Positions 1 to 7,408 of a stretch of 64,000 nt of DNA are shown here, one piece after another (position 1 is the stretch's first letter; each line of letters opens with the position of its first letter). Source of the DNA: Minisyncoccota bacterium (GTDB lineage: Bacteria > Patescibacteriota > Minisyncoccia > Phycocordibacterales > 21-14-all-36-13). Both the position numbers and the translations under genes were made by a program. The notes below the pieces were generated by a model that saw only the letters and a program-made list of their open reading frames with translations, ran no database searches and was not told the DNA's origin. The stretch spans positions 14,779 through 78,778 of the forward strand of contig JBAZZJ010000001.1 of assembly GCA_041658885.1 (NCBI GenBank). Reading direction: 5' to 3'.

Positions 1-179
1 GCTTCACCTTTAATACTCAATGGGGAAGAAATTAAATCATTTGGTTGTGGATACTCAACTCTAATCAACGGGTTTATTTCTGACGGAAGAGGTTCGTTAT
101 TTGTTGGCGAAACAAATATAAAACAACCCAAAATAATTAGAACCCCGATAATAAGTATAATTTTAAGGTATTTTTTCAT
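1..179 (-). CDS. Partial CDS (N-terminal ~59 codons, continues past window start); signal-anchor protein MKKYLKIILIIGVLIILGCFIF...
   Basis: ATG at 179-177 on minus strand, open to the window edge; hydrophobic N-terminus. Confidence 0.45.
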   Translation of the reverse strand, partial: MKKYLKIILIIGVLIILGCFIFVSPTNNEPLPSEINPLIRVEYPQPNDLISSPLSIKGE

Positions 180-318
180 ATGATTTTAATTTTGCTTGGG
201 TGCTTGTATTGTAATATAAAAATGATATCATAGTATTAGATAAAGTTTTTTCTCCTTGGTTGGTTTATTACACACACAGCCATACCTCTTTCTTTTTCGG
301 TCGGCATCTCCTCTGGTT

Positions 319-357
319 GGAAGCGCGTTAAGTTCTTGGCGCGCTTCCTTTTATTTT
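319..357 (+). terminator. Orphan Rho-independent-type hairpin, GGAAGCGCG/CGCGCTTCC stem followed by a T-tract
   Basis: 9-bp GC-rich perfect stem 319-327/340-348, then TTTTATTTTATT; no + strand CDS upstream. Confidence 0.4.
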
Positions 358-400
358 ATTGTTGAAAAAAGATACTTATAAATGTAAACTTAATTTGTAT

Positions 401-471
401 TGCGGGATCGTCTAATGGTAGGACACATGCCTCTGGAGCATGTTATCTTGGTTCGAGTCCAGGTCCCGCAG
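401..471 (+). tRNA. tRNA-Gln(CUG)
   Basis: Hand-folded cloverleaf: acceptor TGCGGGA/TCCCGCA, anticodon stem CATGC/GCATG, loop CUCUGGA, T arm CTTGG-TTCGAGT-CCAGG; no encoded CCA. Confidence 0.8.
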
Positions 472-556
472 CAATTTTAGTTAGTGTTTGTATCTTTGCA
501 TTTTATGAATATATAACCTATTTATAGGTTTCTCAAACAAATCATTAAAAACCGTT

Positions 557-1669
557 ATGTATTTAATACTAGATAATTTAATACCAATTTCTTTATTTCA
601 GATTCTACTCGCTTTTTTTCTATTAAGAATTTCAGGTGAAATAGGAAAATTATCACTTCCATTTGGGTATGCTAGTTTGACCAGGATAGATGTTTCTGGG
701 AATATTTCATTTAATTTATTCTTTAGAATACTTTTTGTTCCAGTATCATTAGCGATTGTATCGATTTTACTTTATTGGCTGAATCTTGATTTCTTAATAA
801 AAAATATATGGATAGTATCAATTTGGTATTTTTTATTTCAATTCATTTATACCATAAGCAAAATTTCTTACGTTAATCTCTGGTTGTATTTTATTAGTGT
901 AATAAATTATGTACTAATTTCTTATTTCCTATACAAATATAGTCTTTCACAGGGGTTGGATGCAATTATTCCAAGTTTTAATGATATACGTACTGAAATG
1001 TGGATTATAGTTGCACTGTTTTTTTATGAACTATGTAAAAATTTTGATTTAAAACCTAAACGTGAAAATTTTAATAAAAAACTTGAAAATAAATACTTAC
1101 AATTAAATACCAAATACAAATATCTTTTAAATAAAATTTTTTTAGAAGAAAAAATTCTTAACGATATATTATTTTCAATAATGATTTTTGAGGATCTGAA
1201 TCGTCCAAAGTTGTTAAGAATTATTGAAAAATTACTTTTTAAAATAGGAATTATCAAAACCACAGGAATAATGCAAATTAAAAGTGGTAAATATTTAAAC
1301 GATGAAGAAAGTATAAAATTAGCTCAAGAAAAAATTACTAAATTTTTTAACAAAAACAAAATATTATATAAATCTGAGGTGGAGTATGAATTGGTGGGTA
1401 AAATTTTAGTTGATTATAACCCAGATGCTTACTATAGAGACGAAGTTAGATACCTGTATTTTCAAGTATCTAATGTTAGCAGATTTTTTGAAGAGGAAAG
1501 ATTTTCAAAATCCAATGAAATAGTTGATGATATTAAGGTGACTGATATAAATGAATTTAAATTTCGAATTAAAGAATTGATTACACAAATTAATATTATA
1601 AACAAAGAAACTAATTTACCATTTAAAATAATAATTAAAGAGAAAAAAGTAAAGAAAAAGAATAACTAA
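557..1669 (+). CDS. Hypothetical protein, polytopic membrane N-terminal half plus K/E-rich soluble C-terminal half
   Basis: 370-aa ORF, several hydrophobic segments; no recognised motif; very AT-rich. Confidence 0.5.
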   Translation: MYLILDNLIPISLFQILLAFFLLRISGEIGKLSLPFGYASLTRIDVSGNISFNLFFRILFVPVSLAIVSILLYWLNLDFLIKNIWIVSIWYFLFQFIYTISKISYVNLWLYFISVINYVLISYFLYKYSLSQGLDAIIPSFNDIRTEMWIIVALFFYELCKNFDLKPKRENFNKKLENKYLQLNTKYKYLLNKIFLEEKILNDILFSIMIFEDLNRPKLLRIIEKLLFKIGIIKTTGIMQIKSGKYLNDEESIKLAQEKITKFFNKNKILYKSEVEYELVGKILVDYNPDAYYRDEVRYLYFQVSNVSRFFEEERFSKSNEIVDDIKVTDINEFKFRIKELITQINIINKETNLPFKIIIKEKKVKKKNN

Positions 1670-1734
1670 TCATGTGTTAATTTTCAATAAATTTAAATCT
1701 TGATAATTTAATAAATTCGTGGTAATATTTACAG

Positions 1735-1968
1735 ATGAAGGCTAAGAAACATGATGATACGGCTGTAAATTTTATTGAAGTATCTCCATCTGAATTTGTT
1801 CAAGAATACAATAAAAATATTCCAGATGCTTTTCCGCACGTCTCTCTTAAGATATTAGAGAAATTCAAAAAAGCATATCCGGCACTTTTTAAAGATAATA
1901 GTGAATGGACGAACGACAGGCATCGTAAAAAATTAATGGACTGGCTTGTTTCCAATCACGAGGAGTAA
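1735..1968 (+). CDS. Hypothetical small protein (77 aa)
   Basis: ORF only; no motif recognised. Confidence 0.35.
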   Translation: MKAKKHDDTAVNFIEVSPSEFVQEYNKNIPDAFPHVSLKILEKFKKAYPALFKDNSEWTNDRHRKKLMDWLVSNHEE

Positions 1969-2029
1969 AAGGTTGAATTTTAGGGATTTTATAAAATAAA
2001 TATTGTTAATAATAAAAAACAAATAAATT

Positions 2030-2150
2030 ATGGATCCCGTTAGAAACCGCGGTCACGGTTTAAAAACGGGGATTATAATGATGAGAAACATAGTATTACA
2101 AATTTAATTAAGCAGAGTGCGGTTGACCGCGACCTGCTTCTAACGGGATG
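2030..2150 (+). repeat. Start-codon hairpin element (family A), arms ATCCCGTTAGAA / TTCTAACGGGAT
   Basis: 12-bp perfect inverted repeat 2034-2045 / 2138-2149, flanked by ATGGA (2030) and ATGGA (2148, the gene start); internal hairpins 2045-2060 and 2119-2130. Confidence 0.8.
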
Positions 2151-2765
2151 GAAAAATTTAATAGGGGTAGCAAATCTAATGGAGGGGATAGAAAATTTGA
2201 CGGAAGAAGCTCTGGCGGAAGAGGTTTTGGTGATAGAAATGAAAGAAGTGGCGGAAGCAGAGGTTTTAATAAAGATAGATCGGACAAACCAGCAATGACT
2301 AAGGCGATATGTTCTGAATGTGGGAATGCATGTGAACTGCCATTTAAACCAACAGGAGATAAACCTGTTTTTTGCAGTGATTGTTTTAGAAACAAAGGCG
2401 GAAATTCAAATTCAAGTCAAGGTAGATTTGGTGGAAGGGATTCTGGCAGGTCTAAATTTGGAGAAAAAAGAATGTACCCAGCAGTATGTTCAGCTTGTGG
2501 AGAAAAGTGTGAGGTTCCATTTCAACCATCAAGCGACAAACCAATATATTGCAATAATTGTTTTGAAAAAAATGCTGATACCAAAAACAAAAATACAGAC
2601 CAATTTCAAAAACAATTTGAAATACTTAATGTTAAATTGGATAAAATTTTAAAAAGTTTATCGTTAGAAATTTCAAAAGAAGTTGTTGATACAAAAAAAT
2701 TAGTTAAAAAAACAGAAATATCTAAGATAAAAAAACCAGTAAAAAAGGTTTCAAAAAAGAAATAA
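2148..2765 (+). CDS. RGG-rich protein with two CxxC...PFxPxxDKPxxCxxCF zinc-ribbon-like modules and a K-rich tail; putative nucleic-acid binder
   Basis: Duplicated Cys motif (CSECGNACELPFKPTGDKPVFCSDCF and CSACGEKCEVPFQPSSDKPIYCNNCF), R/G-rich N-terminus. Confidence 0.65.
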   Translation: MEKFNRGSKSNGGDRKFDGRSSGGRGFGDRNERSGGSRGFNKDRSDKPAMTKAICSECGNACELPFKPTGDKPVFCSDCFRNKGGNSNSSQGRFGGRDSGRSKFGEKRMYPAVCSACGEKCEVPFQPSSDKPIYCNNCFEKNADTKNKNTDQFQKQFEILNVKLDKILKSLSLEISKEVVDTKKLVKKTEISKIKKPVKKVSKKK

Positions 2766-2878
2766 TACGGTTAATAAATAAAAAATACAAGGTTGTATAA
2801 AATTGCCAGTTTTTAAACTGGTGATTTTTGTTTGAATGCAAAATGTTAGTAGAATATACAAAATGTTATAATTAAATT

Positions 2879-3310
2879 ATGGATCACGTGGCAATAATGA
2901 AAAAATCTTGGGGTTTTATCCCCAAAATACTATCTGGAGAAAAGACAATAGAATCTCGCTGGTATAAAAATAAATTGGCTCCTTGGGGGAAAATTCAAAA
3001 AAGTGATGAAGTTTATTTTAAAAACTCTGGGGAGTTGGTTAGTACTCAGGCCGTGGTCTCGAATTATACTCAATATTCCGATTTAACTCCCAAAAAGGTG
3101 GAAAAAATTCTGGACGAACATTATAAAGAAATAGGCATATCAAAAGAAGAAAAAAAAGATTTTTTTATAAAAATCAAAAATAAAAAATATTGTATTTTAA
3201 TTTTTATAAAAAATCCACACGAAATAAAACCCTTTAATATAAATAAAAAGGGATTTGGTATGATGTCGGCGTGGATAAGCGTTGATAATATAGATAAACT
3301 TAAAAAGTAA
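2879..3310 (+). CDS. ASCH-domain protein
   Basis: N-terminal ILSGEKTIESRW motif typical of ASCH domains; TATAAT 2867-2872 lies 6 nt before the ATG. Confidence 0.6.
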   Translation: MDHVAIMKKSWGFIPKILSGEKTIESRWYKNKLAPWGKIQKSDEVYFKNSGELVSTQAVVSNYTQYSDLTPKKVEKILDEHYKEIGISKEEKKDFFIKIKNKKYCILIFIKNPHEIKPFNINKKGFGMMSAWISVDNIDKLKK

Positions 3311-3395
3311 TATTTTAAACACAAAAATTTTCCCATCTATAAAGTGGATAACAACATTAACAAATTTAGGTTAATTTTTGTTAGAATGTAGGTAT

Positions 3396-3650
3396 ATGGA
3401 AGACACAAAAAAAATCAGCGGTAATGTCCTAATTATGGTCGTTATTTCTTTAATAGTCGGCTTAGTTGCCGGTTATTTTATTGGTTATTCAAATGGAGTT
3501 GCTAAAGGTGAGTTAAACATTCTTGAAGAGCAAAAACTTGAACAAGAAAAAGCCCTAGGAGAAATTCAGAAAGAAGCAAACCCATTTGTAAATCTTGAAG
3601 AAAAAGCGAATCCATTTAAGGACACATATACAAATCCCTTCGCTCAATAA
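3396..3650 (+). CDS. Small single-pass membrane protein
   Basis: ATG at 3396 chosen over the TTG at 3378, which lies in the TAGAAT -10-like box; one TM segment. Confidence 0.45.
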   Translation: MEDTKKISGNVLIMVVISLIVGLVAGYFIGYSNGVAKGELNILEEQKLEQEKALGEIQKEANPFVNLEEKANPFKDTYTNPFAQ

Positions 3651-3712
3651 AAAGTTTTTTAATTATTAAAAAGTTTAATAAAAATGGCACAATTGTGTTG
3701 TTTTGAATTGCT

Positions 3713-5470
3713 ATGAACAAGACAAAATTTTTTTACACAACAATCTTCTTTATTTTTTTTATTTCACTATTCTTTGTTTTCAATAATGCAAACGCAGGCC
3801 CTCTTGATAATGTTTCGTATCCAATTCCAGAATTAGGTAATTGTGGCTCTGTTTCAGAGTGTATGACATTTTGTGATATTTCAGAAAACCAAATTGCTTG
3901 TATTGATTGGGCGGCAAGTAAAAAGATGGTTTCAGAAGGGGAAGCTAGAAAAGTCAGAGATATGAATAAAAAGGAAGAAGAATTTAAACCAGGACCGGGT
4001 GGTTGTATATCTCCGCGAGAATGTGATGCATATTGCAGAGTGGAAGAAAATCTTCGTGAATGTATGGATTATAGTGTAAGAAAGGGGTACATGCCTAAAG
4101 AAGAAGCCGATGGAATAATTGCTAAAACAGAAAAAGGCGGTCCTGGTGGATGTAAATCAAAAAGCGAATGTGAAAATTTTTGTAAAAATCCAGAAAATGC
4201 CGATGAATGTCTTTCTTTTGTAGTAGACGAAGGGAAAATAACAAAAGAAGAAGCTGAATTTATGAAAGAGAGAATGAAAGAAGGGTCAAAAAAACCAAAA
4301 CGACCAGCACCAGAAGAAGAAGGAATTGATACTGAAAAAGTCCAAACAATCTTGAAAGAACAAACCGGACCGGGCGGGTGTACAAATATGGGAGAATGTC
4401 AGAAATATTGTATGGATTTTAACAATGCACAAGAATGTATGGAATTTGCCGTTAAACACCAAATAACAAAAACACCACAGGACCTTGAAAGAATAAAAAA
4501 AATTTCACAAATAAAATCAGGCCCCGGAGGATGTACAGGTCCTAACGAGTGTGATGCATTTTGTAGTAAAGAAGAAAACAGAGACGAATGTTTTAGATTT
4601 ACAAAAGAAAATCAGTTGATGTCTGAAGAAGAAATCCAAAAGATGGAAAAGGAAATAGAAATAGTTAAAAAACTCAAAGGAGGAGAAATGGTTGGTCCCG
4701 GCGGATGCAAGGGTCCAGAAGAATGTAATGCATTTTGTAGCAATTCGTCAAACATAGAAGAATGTATTAATTTTAGTGGGCAACACGGAATGCTTAATAA
4801 AAACACGGTCCAACAAATGATGGGGAAAACACAAGAAGCAAGACAAAAATTAATGGAAGTTGAAGAATTTAAGAGATTTAAAGGAATGGAACAAAACGGT
4901 GAGTTTAAAAATGGAGTTCCTGGAGAATTTATGAAATTTGGTCCACCACCGGGTGGTTTTGAGAACAAAGAAATGATGCCACCTGAAGCAACACAGATGA
5001 TGAAACCAGATGGATTTGTTCCACGAAGAGAAATGATACCGCAAGGTAATATGATTTTTCCTCCCCAAGATTTTCAAAAATACATGCCAGACGGAAGACA
5101 AGGAACAATGCCACCGGAAGGATTTTCTCCTCCGGAAGGTTTTGAAAAATTTATGCAACAATATCAAATACCACAAGAAGGAAATCAACCTTATCCAACA
5201 ACACCTCCGAGTGGATCTTATCCACCCCCTCCTAGTGGAACATATCAAGCACCACCAAGTGGATCCTATTCACCTCCTCCTAGTGGAACATATCAAGCAC
5301 CACCAAGTGGATCTTATCCACCTCCTCCTAGTGGAACATATCAAGCACCACCAGAAGGTTCTTACCCAACTCCAACGAACACAACAGGACCTTCCAGTTT
5401 TAATTCAAAAACTCTCATGGGCACAGTTTTAGAGGCTTTTTCCAGTTTGTTAGATAAAATAAATAAGTAA
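3713..5470 (+). CDS. Secreted modular protein: six GPGGC-x-EC-x2-(F/Y)C-x-EC four-Cys modules plus a Pro-rich PPSGSY/PPSGTYQA C-terminal repeat
   Basis: Signal peptide; six repeated Cys modules readable in the translation; 48-bp tandem repeats near the 3' end. Confidence 0.7.
   Translation: MNKTKFFYTTIFFIFFISLFFVFNNANAGPLDNVSYPIPELGNCGSVSECMTFCDISENQIACIDWAASKKMVSEGEARKVRDMNKKEEEFKPGPGGCISPRECDAYCRVEENLRECMDYSVRKGYMPKEEADGIIAKTEKGGPGGCKSKSECENFCKNPENADECLSFVVDEGKITKEEAEFMKERMKEGSKKPKRPAPEEEGIDTEKVQTILKEQTGPGGCTNMGECQKYCMDFNNAQECMEFAVKHQITKTPQDLERIKKISQIKSGPGGCTGPNECDAFCSKEENRDECFRFTKENQLMSEEEIQKMEKEIEIVKKLKGGEMVGPGGCKGPEECNAFCSNSSNIEECINFSGQHGMLNKNTVQQMMGKTQEARQKLMEVEEFKRFKGMEQNGEFKNGVPGEFMKFGPPPGGFENKEMMPPEATQMMKPDGFVPRREMIPQGNMIFPPQDFQKYMPDGRQGTMPPEGFSPPEGFEKFMQQYQIPQEGNQPYPTTPPSGSYPPPPSGTYQAPPSGSYSPPPSGTYQAPPSGSYPPPPSGTYQAPPEGSYPTPTNTTGPSSFNSKTLMGTVLEAFSSLLDKINK
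5204..5350 (+). repeat. 48-bp in-frame tandem repeat x3 (PPSGSYPPPPSGTYQA)
   Basis: AGTGGATCYTATYC recurs at 5210, 5258 and 5306. Confidence 0.8.
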
Positions 5471-5546
5471 TTTAAAAAAATTTTACTAAAAAGTAAAGAC
5501 CCTTGTATTTAGTGCAAGAGTTTTACTTGTGGTAAAATGAGAATAT

Positions 5547-5679
5547 ATGAATCCCCACACTAATCTTAATTTCGTTTAAAAACGGGTTAGTTTATAAAAT
5601 AGAGTAAGTGGCGGATTTTAATGTAAATAAAGAAATAGACTAGGTCAATATTATTAAAATTAAGATTAGTGTAGGGATG
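5547..5679 (+). repeat. Start-codon hairpin element, arms ATCCCCACACTAATCTTAATT / AATTAAGATTAGTGTAGGGAT
   Basis: 20/21 inverted repeat 5551-5571 / 5658-5678, flanked by ATGAA (5547) and ATGAA (5677, the gene start); TGGTAAAAT box 8 nt before 5547. Confidence 0.8.
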
Positions 5680-6834
5680 AAGTTAAAAGACGCAATATTT
5701 ATAATTTTTAGTCTAAGTCTCGCGTTTGCGTTATTTTTTTTGACCGTTGGGAGTATTCACGCGCAAGAAATAAAACCAGAGTTAAATTTGGATTTTTTTT
5801 ATAGTGAAACTTGTCCACATTGTATAGCTGAAAATGCTTTCTTAAACAAAATAGATGGAAAATATGAAGGTCTTACAATAAACAGATTTTTGATATCAGA
5901 AGAGAAAAATATTTCTCTGATGTACAAAACACTCCAAGATGCAAATAAATCAGAATATTTTGGGGTCGTTCCTCTCACATTTGTAGGAAAAGAATTTTTT
6001 GCGGGCTTTGATTCTGAAGATAAAATGGGTGTGGAAATTGAAAAATCAATTCAAAATCAATTACAAAAAGTTGAAATCAAAGAACAGAGGGGAAAAAATT
6101 TAAATTTACCAATTTTGGGTGAAATTAATATTCAAAATTATTCTTTACCCGCCTTGGCCGTGGTGTTGGGGACATTAGATGGAGTAAATGTTTGTTCTCT
6201 TGGGGCCCTTGTTTTGATTTTGGGTTTAGTTTTAAAGCTTCGTTCAAGAAAGAAAATATTTTTATTTGGCGGAACATATTTAATAATAACAGCCCTTGTT
6301 TATGGTGTATTAATAATCCTATGGAATAAACTTTTTGTTTTTCTTGGAGCCTATTTAAAAACAATTGAATTAGTAATAGGAGGAATTGGACTTATTGGTG
6401 GGGTATACTTTATAAAAGAATTTTTAAGAATAAGAAAACAGGGATTAGTATGTGAATCGTCTAATTCAAAAATCATTTCTTCTGCATCTCAAAAAATAAA
6501 AAATATATTTGATAAAAAAGGGATTTTTGGAATGCTTTTTGGAATAATTGTTTTTTCAGGGCTCGTAACGATTATTGAATTTCCTTGTTCAGCAGTCGTA
6601 CCAGTATCTTTTGCAGGAATTTTGGCAGAAAAAGGAATATCAAATTTCTGGACTTTAATTTATATAGGAATGTTTATTTTATTTTATCTTTTAGATGAAA
6701 TAGTAGTATTTGCCATAGCGGTTTATAAAATGGACATCTGGTTAACTTCGCCCAAGTTTACAAAATGGGCATCTCTAATAGAGGGTATAATTTTAATTGC
6801 CCTTGGTCTTTATTATATTATTAATTTTATTTAA
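5677..6834 (+). CDS. Thioredoxin-fold (CPHC) domain fused to a DsbD/CcdA-like polytopic membrane domain
   Basis: Signal peptide, ETCPHCIAEN CxxC motif, then multiple TM segments with conserved Cys (NVCSLGAL, EFPCSAVVP). Confidence 0.6.
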   Translation: MKLKDAIFIIFSLSLAFALFFLTVGSIHAQEIKPELNLDFFYSETCPHCIAENAFLNKIDGKYEGLTINRFLISEEKNISLMYKTLQDANKSEYFGVVPLTFVGKEFFAGFDSEDKMGVEIEKSIQNQLQKVEIKEQRGKNLNLPILGEINIQNYSLPALAVVLGTLDGVNVCSLGALVLILGLVLKLRSRKKIFLFGGTYLIITALVYGVLIILWNKLFVFLGAYLKTIELVIGGIGLIGGVYFIKEFLRIRKQGLVCESSNSKIISSASQKIKNIFDKKGIFGMLFGIIVFSGLVTIIEFPCSAVVPVSFAGILAEKGISNFWTLIYIGMFILFYLLDEIVVFAIAVYKMDIWLTSPKFTKWASLIEGIILIALGLYYIINFI

Positions 6835-6873
6835 TCTGCGTAGATCTGCGTTTTTATTTGAGATAATCTGCGT
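6834..6873 (-). repeat. Cluster of three ATCTGCGT octamers (reverse complement of ACGCAGAT)
   Basis: Copies at 6834, 6844 and 6866; the first abuts the stop codon of the upstream CDS. Confidence 0.7.
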
Positions 6874-6879
6874 TTCAAT

Positions 6880-7302
6880 ATGGAAAACAAAAAAACACTC
6901 ATATTTTTTGTGATAGCGGTGGTTATAGTTTTGGGTTTAATAATTTTTTCAGATAAAAGTGATATTCCAGCACAAACCGGTGAAAAGGATATTCAAACAA
7001 ACATAATTCAAACCACAAATGGTGAAGAATTTATAGTAGAACTTGATTCCAATCCCTCAACCGGTTATACGTGGGTTTATGATTTTGATAAAGAATATGT
7101 AACATTTATAGAAAAACTTAATAAAAAAACTTTCCCACAACAAATTGAAGGTGCCGAAATTGTTAGTGCCCCAATACAAGAAGTTTTTAAATTTAAAGTC
7201 CTAAAAACAGGGGAGACAAAAATAAATTTTTACTATCTACGCGAATGGGAAATAGATGTTGCTCCAATAGATCAAAAGGCATTTGATGTAATAATTAAAT
7301 GA
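6880..7302 (+). CDS. Chagasin-family (I42) cysteine-peptidase inhibitor-like secreted protein
   Basis: NPSTGYTW motif characteristic of the chagasin/ICP family; N-terminal signal anchor. Confidence 0.6.
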   Translation: MENKKTLIFFVIAVVIVLGLIIFSDKSDIPAQTGEKDIQTNIIQTTNGEEFIVELDSNPSTGYTWVYDFDKEYVTFIEKLNKKTFPQQIEGAEIVSAPIQEVFKFKVLKTGETKINFYYLREWEIDVAPIDQKAFDVIIK

Positions 7303-7303
7303 A

Positions 7304-7325
7304 AAAGCAACCAAAGTTGCTTTTT
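7304..7325 (+). terminator. Rho-independent terminator
   Basis: AAAGCAAC/GTTGCTTT stem plus T-tract directly after the stop codon. Confidence 0.6.
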
Positions 7326-7355
7326 CATCCACAATATTTTGTTTTTTATTTAAAA

Positions 7356-7381
7356 AGCCACGATTAAAATCGTGGCTTTTT
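7356..7381 (+). terminator. Hairpin plus T-tract (second terminator, preceded by the ATCCACAATATTTT box)
   Basis: AGCCACGATT/AATCGTGGCT 10-bp stem followed by TTTT. Confidence 0.6.
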
Positions 7382-7408
7382 GATTTGTAAAAAAATGTTA
7401 TTATTATA

